Assembly (NCBI GenBank): GCA_965205675.1
Contig: OZ242186.1
Coordinates: 1,920,001 to 1,984,000, forward strand
DNA: 64,000 nucleotides
Source of the DNA: Nitrosopumilus sp.
GTDB taxonomy: Archaea; Thermoproteota; Nitrososphaeria; Nitrososphaerales; Nitrosopumilaceae
Direction: 5' to 3'
Of the stretch, positions 50,900-60,660 are shown piece by piece. A model generated the notes under the pieces. The model did not search any database. It was not told the origin of the DNA and was given only the letters and a program-made list of their open reading frames with translations. A program made the translations under genes and the position numbers. Within the stretch, counting starts at the first letter, position 1. Every line of letters begins with the position of its first letter.

Positions 50900-52024
50900 T
50901 TAAGCAATTCCAGCTAGTTTTTTGCAGATCATATAGACGGCGGCAAATGTTGGAACTGTTACTTTTTCATTTGAATATGGACCAAATTTTTTATTTTTTA
51001 GCTTAAATTCTATAGGACAATTTGCAAAAACTTCTACAGTGTCATCACTAAGAAACGATGCTTGAACATATGGATCAAATTTTGTTAAATTATCACAGCG
51101 AGTTTTTGTAAGACCACTTTTACTGTTAATTGAACCAGGTAATCTAAAAATTCTATGGATATCCATAGTAACATTAGGATCAATTTTTACTCCAATATTT
51201 TCTGAGACATCATCTAAAGTTTTTTGAAAAGAAGAATAGCCATTTGCAAGTAATTTTGCAATTATTTGTGATCGTTTTGATTTTGAACCAAAAACTTGTT
51301 TTGAAAATCTACCTCTCCATCCTTTTTCATCAAAATCAGGAAATGAATTTTTGTTAGGTTTGTATTTCTTCATTCCAAATGTTTCAGGAATGATTCCTCG
51401 TAAGGATATGTAATCGGTTAGTTCTGATCTTTCTCTAGAACCAATTTTTTGAAATTGAGAATTATATACATAAACATGAAAACCTTCATTGCCAGAAAAA
51501 TATATTTCAATATTCTCTTTATTAATCCCAAGATCATTAACTAAAACTTCAGATAATTTTTCTACTTCAATTTTTGAAGCATTAATACAATTTTTGCAGG
51601 ATAAGGATTTCTTTTCTAACTTGAATGAATTACATTTTGAACATTGGGTTAAAGTTTTTGAAATTTCATTGCAATCATTACAAATTGATACTGTATGATT
51701 TTCTCTGCAAGACAAATTAAGATCTTTTGCATCAATATCAAAAATCAGATCTGCTTCCTTCCAATCTTTTTCTTTCATGGGTAAATTAGGAAATGTATAG
51801 TATGCATTTGAACAATAAACATCTGATGGGATATTTTGTATTAGCATGAGATGCAATTCTTTATCTTTTTGTATTGCTATATGACGAGTCATTCCACTAA
51901 AATTAAATTTTTGGTAGCCAAATTCTCTTTCAGAAGATCTTTTTGGGATTTCAATTAGATCAAAGTGATCAAAATAATGCTTTTTAAATGAATTTTCTAG
52001 AAATTGTATATCAGAGTCTTGCAT
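50900..52024 (-). CDS. priS: DNA primase small (catalytic) subunit
   Basis: REFG, DVYCSNAYY, DLIFDIDAKDL, FSGNEGFHV, IDPNVTMDIHRIFRLPGSINSKSG. Confidence 0.95.
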   Translation of the reverse strand: MQDSDIQFLENSFKKHYFDHFDLIEIPKRSSEREFGYQKFNFSGMTRHIAIQKDKELHLMLIQNIPSDVYCSNAYYTFPNLPMKEKDWKEADLIFDIDAKDLNLSCRENHTVSICNDCNEISKTLTQCSKCNSFKLEKKSLSCKNCINASKIEVEKLSEVLVNDLGINKENIEIYFSGNEGFHVYVYNSQFQKIGSRERSELTDYISLRGIIPETFGMKKYKPNKNSFPDFDEKGWRGRFSKQVFGSKSKRSQIIAKLLANGYSSFQKTLDDVSENIGVKIDPNVTMDIHRIFRLPGSINSKSGLTKTRCDNLTKFDPYVQASFLSDDTVEVFANCPIEFKLKNKKFGPYSNEKVTVPTFAAVYMICKKLAGIA

Positions 52025-53115
52025 TATTTTTTCTTCCTTCCAAATTGTAAGGGATTGATGATATTATCACATTCAGATGTAGCAAAACATAGATCTTGAG
52101 TTTTTAATTTATCACAAGATGGACATGAATATTGTGTTCCACTTCCAGAAGATCCTGCCAAATGATTTAGTTGGTAAAGTGTAACTTGTTCATTATAATC
52201 AGGCGCATTTTTGAACAAAGGTGCAATTTGTTGAACTGTTTGTCCTTTTGATAAAAGAAAAGTTGCAAGCATAAATCGTCCAGAATGAGGAAGATTTTCG
52301 CCTTTCTCAAGTACTTCACTAGCATGTTTAATGCATGGAGGATACTCTCCAGTATCTACAGTAAAAGTTACAAATTTTTTTGCTAATGAAATAAGTTTAT
52401 TAACTGAATCTTCAAATCCAGGAGTCATTTCTGGAGTTTTTGCTTTACTAATTTTTAAATCAATATACTTTCCTAATTCTTTTCTTATTAATCTAATTGT
52501 TTGGTGTGAAGATAAATACACTTTTCCATTTTCAACTTTTCTATTAACTAATTTCCATTCACGTTCATGGAATTGAATAGAACGTTTAAGATAATCTGAA
52601 ACAGTAACTAACCATTCGTCTTGACCTGAAGTATAATTTTCTTCTTCTTTTTCTTCAGGTTTAGAAATTTCAACGTTAGAAATTTCTTTGATTATTTGTG
52701 CAGCTACGTCTCTCTGAGATTTTTGTTCATCAGTAAGAAGTACAGATCCACTAGGATTATTAGATATTTTTAGAGTATCTTCTAATAGTTTTTCTGCACG
52801 TCTTGATTCTTGCATTGCAAATCTTTTGATTAGAGTATGCGTGCTACTAAGCTTCAATAAAACAACAGCCAACAAAAATGAAAAAACTTCTCTAGGTAAG
52901 GCAGCCTCTTTTGAAACATGATCCCCATCTAGATCAGATTTGTAGATTTTACCATCTACTGCAACTCGAATTCTCTCATATGCCTTCTCAATTAGTTGTT
53001 TAAAGTCAGGATCTGAACCAAATTGTTCAAGAGAAAATCCCTGATCTTTGAGATATTGACCAGCATCTGCCAAAAATGGATATTTTGCAATTTCATCCTG
53101 TCCTAATGCAAGCAT
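52024..53115 (-). CDS. priL: DNA primase large subunit
   Basis: AKYPFL, WKLVNR, YPPCI, NLPHSGRF, Fe-S Cys cluster YSCPSC...C..C...NPL. Confidence 0.93.
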   Translation of the reverse strand: MLALGQDEIAKYPFLADAGQYLKDQGFSLEQFGSDPDFKQLIEKAYERIRVAVDGKIYKSDLDGDHVSKEAALPREVFSFLLAVVLLKLSSTHTLIKRFAMQESRRAEKLLEDTLKISNNPSGSVLLTDEQKSQRDVAAQIIKEISNVEISKPEEKEEENYTSGQDEWLVTVSDYLKRSIQFHEREWKLVNRKVENGKVYLSSHQTIRLIRKELGKYIDLKISKAKTPEMTPGFEDSVNKLISLAKKFVTFTVDTGEYPPCIKHASEVLEKGENLPHSGRFMLATFLLSKGQTVQQIAPLFKNAPDYNEQVTLYQLNHLAGSSGSGTQYSCPSCDKLKTQDLCFATSECDNIINPLQFGRKKK

Positions 53116-53200
53116 GAAAGTGATTTATCTAGTTTACTTAAAAATCTGATTTTTTAAATTTGGATGCTAATTTAAATTATGTTTAAGGAAAATATAATAT

Positions 53201-54040
53201 ATGCAAGTTGGATGTCATGTTTCAATATCTGGATCAATTGACAAATCAGTAGATAATGCAGTTGAGAGAGAATGCTCAGCATTTCAAATATTTACAAGAA
53301 ATCCAAGAGGTTGGCATGCAAAAGCACTAACCAAAGAGGATATTGATAATTTCAAATCAAAGCTAAAAACAAGTAAGATTGACAGATTTGCAACATGTGC
53401 GCACATGCCATATTTACCAAATCTGGCAACACCCAAAGATGATGGATTTGAAAAATCTGTTAAAACTTTGATAGATGAAAGTAAAAGATGTGCGCAATTA
53501 GGAATTCCATATTTAGTGACACATCTAGGCAGTCATTTAGGAACAGGAGAAGAAGCTGGAATCAAAAGACTGGTAGAGGGATTGACAAAAGCTGGAAAAA
53601 CAAAAAATGACGTAATGATTTTATTAGAAAATACAGCAGGACAGAAAAATTCTGTAGGCTCTGATTTTCAACAATTGGGTGAAATTTTTAGACAGCTGAA
53701 ACCTGCAAAAAAATTTGGTGTTTGTTTAGATACATGTCATGCATTTGTTGCAGGTTATGATTTAAGAACTGAGACAGCAGTAAAGAAAATGTTTACAGAA
53801 TTTGATAAACATGTGGGGATAGATAATTTGAAAATTCTTCATCTTAATGATGCTAAAGGAGAAATGGGTTGTAATCTTGATAGACATTATCATTTAGGAT
53901 TAGGTGGAATTGGAGAAAATGGAATTTCATCAGTTGTAAAGTTTGCAAATAAGAAAAAAATTCCCATAGTTTTAGAAACACCTATTGATGATGATAGAGA
54001 CGATTTTGAAAACGTTAAAGTAGCAAAAGGATTTGTGTAG
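53201..54040 (+). CDS. nfo: Endonuclease IV (AP endonuclease)
   Basis: GCHVSISG, FQIFTRNPRGW, HMPYLPNL, LENTAG, CLDTCHAF, HLND, DRH, LETP. Confidence 0.95.
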   Translation: MQVGCHVSISGSIDKSVDNAVERECSAFQIFTRNPRGWHAKALTKEDIDNFKSKLKTSKIDRFATCAHMPYLPNLATPKDDGFEKSVKTLIDESKRCAQLGIPYLVTHLGSHLGTGEEAGIKRLVEGLTKAGKTKNDVMILLENTAGQKNSVGSDFQQLGEIFRQLKPAKKFGVCLDTCHAFVAGYDLRTETAVKKMFTEFDKHVGIDNLKILHLNDAKGEMGCNLDRHYHLGLGGIGENGISSVVKFANKKKIPIVLETPIDDDRDDFENVKVAKGFV

Positions 54041-54071
54041 AAATTTATTTCATGGATGAGTGAATAAAATA

Positions 54072-55529
54072 ATGAATTATGAAGCAGTTATGAAATTAGC
54101 ACTTGAACGTGGATTTTATTTTCCTAGCTGTGAAGTTTATGCTGATGCTCAGGCTGGATTTTGGGAATACGGTCCATCTGGAGTTAGTCTGAAAAATAAA
54201 TTTCTCGAATTGTGGCGAAGGGAGCTAATTAGAAGAGATGGCATGTTAGAAATTGACGGTTCCCAGATAATGTCAAAATCAGTTTTTGAAGCATCTGGTC
54301 ATTTAGGAAATTTTGCAGATCCAATAATAAAATGTACAAAATGTAATGCTACTTTTAGAGCAGACAGAACAATAGCAGAAATTACACAAATTGAAATTCC
54401 TGAAAGCGCAGATTTGGAAGAATTTGATAATGTAATATCACAAAATAACATAAAGTGTCCAAAGTGTAAAGGTAGTTTTGATAAAACAAAAAAATTTAAC
54501 ATGATGTTCAAAGTTGGTATTGGTCCTGAAGAAGAGGAAGCATATCTACGACCTGAAACATGTCAATCGATTTTTGTAGATTTTCCTAGACTATACAAAA
54601 CAATGAGAGGAAAGCTACCTCTAGGAATAGCTCAAGTTGGAAAGAGTTTTAGAAATGAAATAGCACCCAGACAAAGTTTACTTCGTTTAAGAGAATTTTA
54701 TCAAGCAGAAATTGAGATATTCTGTAATCCAAACAAACTATCAGATATGGAAAAATTCTCAGAGATTGAAAATGTCACCATAAGAGTTCAAACAGATACA
54801 GAACCTGTTATTATGACATCTAAAGAAGCAGTAGAATCAGGAGTTGTTCCAAATAAATTTGTGGCATATTATTTAGGAATGTTAACTGAATTTTATGAAA
54901 AAACAGGAATAGATATTGCAAAAAGTAGATTTAGGAAATTGGGAGATAAAGAAAAAGCATTTTATGCTGAAGTGGCCTTTGATTTTGAAGTTGAAACTAC
55001 CATGGGATGGCTTGAATTAGTTGCATGTAATTACAGATCTGACTATGATTTAACCAGTCACGCAAAAAAAAGCAAGCAGAAATTTGAGATTATGGATGAG
55101 GATGAAAAAGTTTTACCCCATGTATTTGAGATTTCAATGGGGATTGATAGAAGTTTGTATACAATTTTAGAGCACAGTTTGAAAGACGACAAAAAACATG
55201 AAAGAATGGTTTTATCACTAAAACCATATCTTGCACCAACACACGTAGGTATGTTATCTCTAGTCAAAAAAGACGGTTTGAAAGAGAAAACTGATGAGAT
55301 TTTTCTACAAATCAAAAGAAAATGTGATGCATTTTTAGACCATTCAGGAGCTATAGGTAGACGGTATAGAAGACTAGATGAGATTGGAGCACCATTTGCA
55401 GTAACTGTTGATCACCAAACATTAGAAGATGAAACTGTAACAATTAGAAAAAGAGATTCTATGGAACAAAGCAGAATAAAAATTTCTGAACTTGATTCTA
55501 TAATATCTGAATCAATCTCATTTCCTTAG
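54072..55529 (+). CDS. glyS: Glycine--tRNA ligase (alpha2, eukaryote/archaeal type)
   Basis: YLRPETCQ, QVGKSFRNEI, RLREFYQAE, IGRRYRRLDEIG; ORF track starts at 54060. Confidence 0.96.
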   Translation: MNYEAVMKLALERGFYFPSCEVYADAQAGFWEYGPSGVSLKNKFLELWRRELIRRDGMLEIDGSQIMSKSVFEASGHLGNFADPIIKCTKCNATFRADRTIAEITQIEIPESADLEEFDNVISQNNIKCPKCKGSFDKTKKFNMMFKVGIGPEEEEAYLRPETCQSIFVDFPRLYKTMRGKLPLGIAQVGKSFRNEIAPRQSLLRLREFYQAEIEIFCNPNKLSDMEKFSEIENVTIRVQTDTEPVIMTSKEAVESGVVPNKFVAYYLGMLTEFYEKTGIDIAKSRFRKLGDKEKAFYAEVAFDFEVETTMGWLELVACNYRSDYDLTSHAKKSKQKFEIMDEDEKVLPHVFEISMGIDRSLYTILEHSLKDDKKHERMVLSLKPYLAPTHVGMLSLVKKDGLKEKTDEIFLQIKRKCDAFLDHSGAIGRRYRRLDEIGAPFAVTVDHQTLEDETVTIRKRDSMEQSRIKISELDSIISESISFP

Positions 55530-55629
55530 TTTTAAAAAATAAAAAACTTGATTAAAAAAGTATTTTTGTTTAGAAAAATAAAAATTATCGTAACAGTTTT
55601 TTTATTCAATTCTAAGTGTAATGATTTGT

Positions 55630-56394
55630 TCATTCAATTGTAAGTTTAGAAACTGTATTTTTAATATTAATATGACCAAGTTTATTTTTAAATGATGTAA
55701 TATTACCAGAAGTAAAAATTTGTAAATAATTTCTTTGTTTATTAGCATCAAAATATTTTTGCTTTAGTTTTTTAGCTAATAATTCACTAGGATCAAGAAA
55801 AGTTATGTTTGGAAATATATTTCCAAATAATTCTAAAAGAAATGGTAAATGAGTACTAGATAATGTTACTACATCTACATTGTTTATGCTAAGTTTAGAT
55901 TCAAGTGTTTTTTTGATTATATATGTACAAAGTTGAGGATTTGAATAGAAATTACCATGTTCGACTAATTCTACCAATTTTGATGCATTAATTTTGATAA
56001 TTTTAATATTATTTGTGTTAAATTTTTGTATATATTCATCAAGTAATTTACTTTTAACAATAGATTCTGTTGCTAATACTGCAATAGATTTCGTTTTTGT
56101 GATTTTTATTGCTTCATTAAACGGTGGTAATACTCTTAGAATGTTTTTAGAATGTAAATCTAATGTAAGAGATAATGTGTTTGAGCCAACTATAATTAAT
56201 TCAGATTTGAATAAAGTTTGAAGAGTTGAGATTGTTTTTAGTGTAATGGTTTTAATTTCTTTAATAGATTTTTTTCCATATGGGAAATTTTTGGAATCAG
56301 CAAAGTAAATTATACTGCATTTGAATTGTTTTTGAATTGATTTAATTACTGACAGTGAGCCTAATCCTGAATCAAAAACAACAATTCTTACCAT
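55630..56394 (-). CDS. Glutamate-racemase (MurI)-like protein with both catalytic Cys replaced by Ser
   Basis: VFDSGLGSLSV, AD..NFPYG.K, GSNT (consensus ACNT), LSSTHLP (consensus LGCTHYP). Confidence 0.85.
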   Translation of the reverse strand: MVRIVVFDSGLGSLSVIKSIQKQFKCSIIYFADSKNFPYGKKSIKEIKTITLKTISTLQTLFKSELIIVGSNTLSLTLDLHSKNILRVLPPFNEAIKITKTKSIAVLATESIVKSKLLDEYIQKFNTNNIKIIKINASKLVELVEHGNFYSNPQLCTYIIKKTLESKLSINNVDVVTLSSTHLPFLLELFGNIFPNITFLDPSELLAKKLKQKYFDANKQRNYLQIFTSGNITSFKNKLGHINIKNTVSKLTIE

Positions 56395-56501
56395 AAGATA
56401 TTGTTTTATTGAATTAGATTTAGATTTTGTTAGCTAAATTTACTCTAAAGTTGATCTAAATACACACCGTTGATTAAGACTAAATTTCTAAACTAGCAAC
56501 C

Positions 56502-57152
56502 ATGCCAAACTTCGATAAAACTTGGGCTCGACAAGAGACTCAAAGTGTAACTGGCAAACTACGTGAAGCAGTAAAGCCTCAAGGTGCATTAAAACCACGA
56601 ATTCAAACTGCAGTAAATAAACTACAAGTCCAAATATCAAAAATGGATTCTATGTTAGGTAAACTGCATGAAAGAGATGCACAACTCTTTCAACGAGTCG
56701 TAACCGCAATGCAACAACATGATACTAGCACAAGTAGAGTTTTGTCTAACGAATTAGCTGAAATTCGTAAAGTTACAAAAATGCTCGGCAATGCAAGAAT
56801 GTCATTAGAACAAGTCCAACTAAGACTGACAACTATTCATGATCTTGGTGATGCTATGGTAGCAATTGGACCAGCAATGTCTACAATGAAGGGATTAAAG
56901 TCATCGCTAGGAAGATTCATGCCAGAAGCTGATTCAGAATTGAATACTATGACTCAGACACTTAATGGATTGATGATGGATTCACTTGCAGGAGATTCAT
57001 TTAGCATAGAATCTGATGTTTCAAGTGAAGAAACCGAAAAAATTCTTCAAGAAGCATCCGCAGTCGCTGAGCAACAGGTAGGAGACAAATTCCCGTCTGT
57101 ACCATCTTCAACAGGACTTTCGTCTCAAAGCTCTACATCTACATTTGAATAG
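56502..57152 (+). CDS. ESCRT-III / CdvB (Snf7-family) homologue
   Basis: Helical core ..VLSNELAEIRKV...MSLEQVQLRLTTIHDLGD; EETEKILQEASAVAEQ; FPSVP tail. Confidence 0.88.
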   Translation: MPNFDKTWARQETQSVTGKLREAVKPQGALKPRIQTAVNKLQVQISKMDSMLGKLHERDAQLFQRVVTAMQQHDTSTSRVLSNELAEIRKVTKMLGNARMSLEQVQLRLTTIHDLGDAMVAIGPAMSTMKGLKSSLGRFMPEADSELNTMTQTLNGLMMDSLAGDSFSIESDVSSEETEKILQEASAVAEQQVGDKFPSVPSSTGLSSQSSTSTFE

Positions 57153-57345
57153 AGCAAAAAAGACGAAATGTTCATTATTTTTATTTTTCATAGTTCTTTC
57201 AAAGTATGTAGTAATATGATAGATCTTCATAGAATTTTACTTTGAGAAAACAATTTAGTATTTTTCCAGTATCGATTTCATAAAATTTCCAATCATTGTA
57301 ACTACGATCATTTCATATGGGTCAATATTGTCAAATTACCAATTA

Positions 57346-58490
57346 TAGTTTAGGCATACAAATTTTGAACGAATTATCAATTATTTTAACTCAAAAGATC
57401 TAGATCACATATTACACTTACAGAATCATGTCAAAACAAACTAAAGCATTAATGGTATCTTCAGGAAGCCATTTCATGAAAGGAACAAGCATTAATTTTT
57501 TAAGAAAAACATGCAAGAATGAAAAAAATGCAAAAGCAAAGATAAGATTAAAGGCTGCAATACTAAGAAAACAAGATATTCCATATTCTGTGATATGTGC
57601 CAGTTTGGATGTCATACCATCAACTCTGTCCTACTGGCTAAATCGAATGGATAAAGAAGGAATAACGGCATCACGCCGTAAGAAATATTCTGGTTCTAGA
57701 TGTTTCTTAAATAAAAAACAACTAGTGTCATTAAGAGATGATCTAATTTCAGGTCCAGAAAAATTTGGATTTAACCAATTCATGTGGAGTACAAGAATGG
57801 TAATTACACATGTGAATAAAAAATACAATACGCTATACTCTGCAAGAGGAATGCGTGAATTGCTGCACAGAATCGGATTCTCATCTAAAAAACCAAGACA
57901 GACTCATCACAAATCAGCCTCAAAAGAGGAGCAAAATCGTTTTAAAAAAACGCAAAAAGGACAGTTAACAGATATTCCAAATTGGGATACACCACACTAT
58001 GTCTGGACGAGTCAACAAGTAAAGTAGCACCCAACATAAAGCGCGGATGGTATCTTGCAGAGAATAACATTACCACATCAATTAATTATACACGAGAAAA
58101 ATTTCAATCCTTTGGTGAACTGGGGAATAACGGCATATTTTTCTGCAGGTTCTATGATAAGGCAAATACGATATCATTTCTTGATTTTTTAAAATCCCTA
58201 CAAAAACAATTTGGTAAGAAACTGTTACTGTTTGCAGATAATGCATCATGCCGCAAAGTGTCAGAGTAAAAGAATTTCTCAAAGCATCAAAAAGTAAAGT
58301 GATAATTAGATATTTTCCTGCATACATTCCAGAATTAAACCCAATTGAGATACAGTGGAGAGAAGAGAAAAAGGAAACTGCAAACCAATTCTTCGTCAAT
58401 GGCTCTGAAATGAGAAAACATATGCAGAAGAGACTAGATAATGGAGTGGTTTGAGTTGCTAAAGTGTTCAGATATTTAATGCCTTAACTA
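57346..58490 (+). mobile_element. IS630-family insertion sequence with imperfect ~25-bp terminal inverted repeats
   Basis: Left end TAGTTTAGGCATACAAATTTTGAAC (57346-57370) versus reverse complement of right end TAGTTAAGGCATTAAATATCTGAAC (58466-58490); TA at both ends; encloses a transposase. Confidence 0.85.
57428..58488 (+). pseudogene. IS630 transposase: HTH ORF, -1 slippery site, DDE ORF, plus an extra inactivating frameshift
   Basis: ORFs 57428-58027 (WSTRMV..LLHRIGFSSKKPR), 57982-58269 (LDES...ADNAS) and 58248-58454 (FPAYIPELNPIEIQW). TTTAAAAAAA at 57941-57950; second frameshift near 58250. Confidence 0.85.
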
Positions 58491-58554
58491 TTGCAGTAAA
58501 ACTATTGATATTACAATAATAATTGTAGGAATACCAATTAAAACATTTTAGAAT

Positions 58555-59724
58555 TTATTGCCAAAGTTTTTCTTTAAATGTTAATTTTTTATTTAAAATG
58601 AAATTACTAAAAGCTCCAGTTAAAACACCAATACCTAATGCAGTTGTATATATCCAATTATAATTATCAACTAATGAAAATACAACACCGAGTTGTATTA
58701 ATGCGCCAACTGAGCTAAACATAATAAATTTTGAATATTGTAATATAGTTTTTTTAAATGAAAAATTTCTATCACCAAATGTCCACCATTTATTTAAAAC
58801 AAAATTTGACGTCATGGATACAATAATTCCTAAAATATTTGCATGTAAATACCAAATTTCTGTAACGCCTCCTGAAAATAATAGTGATATAACATAGTTT
58901 ATTGCAAATCCAATTGCGCCAATTGTATAAAACCTACTTGCTTTTGAAAAGAATTTTATAGAATTTCTTTTTTCATTGTTTTCTTTAGAATTTCCATAAC
59001 GATATAATTTCCAAATAGATTTAACATAGTCAAAGATTACTAAAGAATTTAATTTACTTGAACCTAGTTCTCTATTTTCAAACGTATAAGGAATTTCTTG
59101 AATGCTTATTCCTTTTTTCTTAACAAGTATTTCAAGTAACAATTTGTAACCTATTGCATCAAAGTTTAATCCTTTCAAAATTGTTTTTTTAAATGCAAAA
59201 AATCCTGACATTGGATCATTTGTTTTGATATCAAGACCTTTCTTTGCAATTAAAGTAGCAGTTTTGCTCATTAGTTTACGTTTTATATTCCATCCGTTTA
59301 TTTGTCCACCCGTGATGTATCTTGATGCAATTACCATATCACATTGACATCGCTTTAGTGTTTCGATCATTTTTGGAATTATTTGTGGGGGATGAGAAAG
59401 ATCACTATCCATAACAACTATAGTATCGCCTGTTGCATGTTGTATTCCACTAAGTATCGCTGAACTCAATCCATTTTTTGTTGTTCTATGTATTATGCCT
59501 ATGGTATATCCCGCAATTTTCTTAATATTTTTCAAATAATCATCAACAATCTTACCTGTACCATCAGGAGAATTATCATCAACTACTATTGCTTCAGTTA
59601 GAATATTTTTTGGAATGATATCGCCAATGGATTTTAGCACATTTAGGATATTTTGTGATTCATTGTAAGTAGGAATAATGATTGAAATTTGAGGTTTTTT
59701 TGTATTCAATGTTTCAAAAGTCAT
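58555..59724 (-). CDS. Polyprenol/dolichol-phosphate glycosyltransferase (GT2, DPM1-like) fused to a GtrA domain
   Basis: SIIIPTYNE, VVDDNSPDGT, VMDSDLSHPP, DPMSGFF, R..GSSKL; C-terminal four-TM GtrA (SNFVLNKWWTF). Confidence 0.9.
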   Translation of the reverse strand: MTFETLNTKKPQISIIIPTYNESQNILNVLKSIGDIIPKNILTEAIVVDDNSPDGTGKIVDDYLKNIKKIAGYTIGIIHRTTKNGLSSAILSGIQHATGDTIVVMDSDLSHPPQIIPKMIETLKRCQCDMVIASRYITGGQINGWNIKRKLMSKTATLIAKKGLDIKTNDPMSGFFAFKKTILKGLNFDAIGYKLLLEILVKKKGISIQEIPYTFENRELGSSKLNSLVIFDYVKSIWKLYRYGNSKENNEKRNSIKFFSKASRFYTIGAIGFAINYVISLLFSGGVTEIWYLHANILGIIVSMTSNFVLNKWWTFGDRNFSFKKTILQYSKFIMFSSVGALIQLGVVFSLVDNYNWIYTTALGIGVLTGAFSNFILNKKLTFKEKLWQ

Positions 59725-59987
59725 TTGATTAATGGGAAAAACTAAAAGATATTAATTTTTAATTAAAAATAATAAATTTCAAACGTCATATTTTTGAACT
59801 TTTGGTCTAATATTTAAAGATGAAGATCTTAAATGAATTCAATTTTGTAATTGATATGGATAGAATCATTAACAAAATAACTATTGAAAATAGAATTGAT
59901 GGACTAAATTCTAAAAGAGATTGGAATAAACCCATCAGATGGTAATGGTCGAATTGTGAAATATACCATCATCTACTATGAATAGAG

Positions 59988-60630
59988 TGTAGTATTTTAG
60001 GACATACTGAATTCATAGACAGTTATAATGAAGAAAATATTCTTTCATATCAACAAATCGACAACGCAATTGTAAGTAAGGGAAGAAATTGTACTACATG
60101 TTACTATTTGATGTAAACACTGAATGTCATTTAGAGGTTGCATTAGAACTAGGAAAATTCACAGCTGTTGACTAGGTAATGGTTCATTATTAACAGCAGA
60201 TACAAACGTAGCAGATCTTAATTCAGGAATTTATGGAGCATAAAATGATGATTGGATTAACAGGAATATTCAGTTCACTAGGTACATTCACTAATACAAC
60301 TGGAAATGATGATAATGCTGTACAAAAAATGTTAAATTCTTTTACATAAGACCTCTTGCGTAATTATAGAGATTTTTTCTCAAATTTTGTATTTTAACAG
60401 AATTCATACCTGAAAATTCAAATTTCTCAACAATTTGAAAAATCCTGCAGCAAAATTCACGCCTAGAAATAATTACGCAAGACGTCTATATAACAACACA
60501 CAAATGTAATCAGCCAAGCTGGTTTGTTTAATAGTACATCAGGTGCATCAAGGACATTTGCGTTGGAGAATTTCCCATCAAATGTCACCATGAATACAAA
60601 TGATCAATGAACAGAAACATTGCAATCACT
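59988..60630 (+). pseudogene. Decayed gene for a surface / tail-fibre-like beta-rich protein
   Basis: Fragments SILGHTEFIDSYNEENILSYQQIDNAIVSKGRNC; LLFDVNTEC..LGKFTAV; LGNGSLLTADT; GTFTNTTGNDDNAVQ; VISQAGLFNSTSGASRTFALENFPSNVTMNTNDQ. Frameshifts and stops; boundaries approximate. Confidence 0.5.
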
Positions 60631-60660
60631 GATTCAGATGCAATGTCTTAGACACATGAA

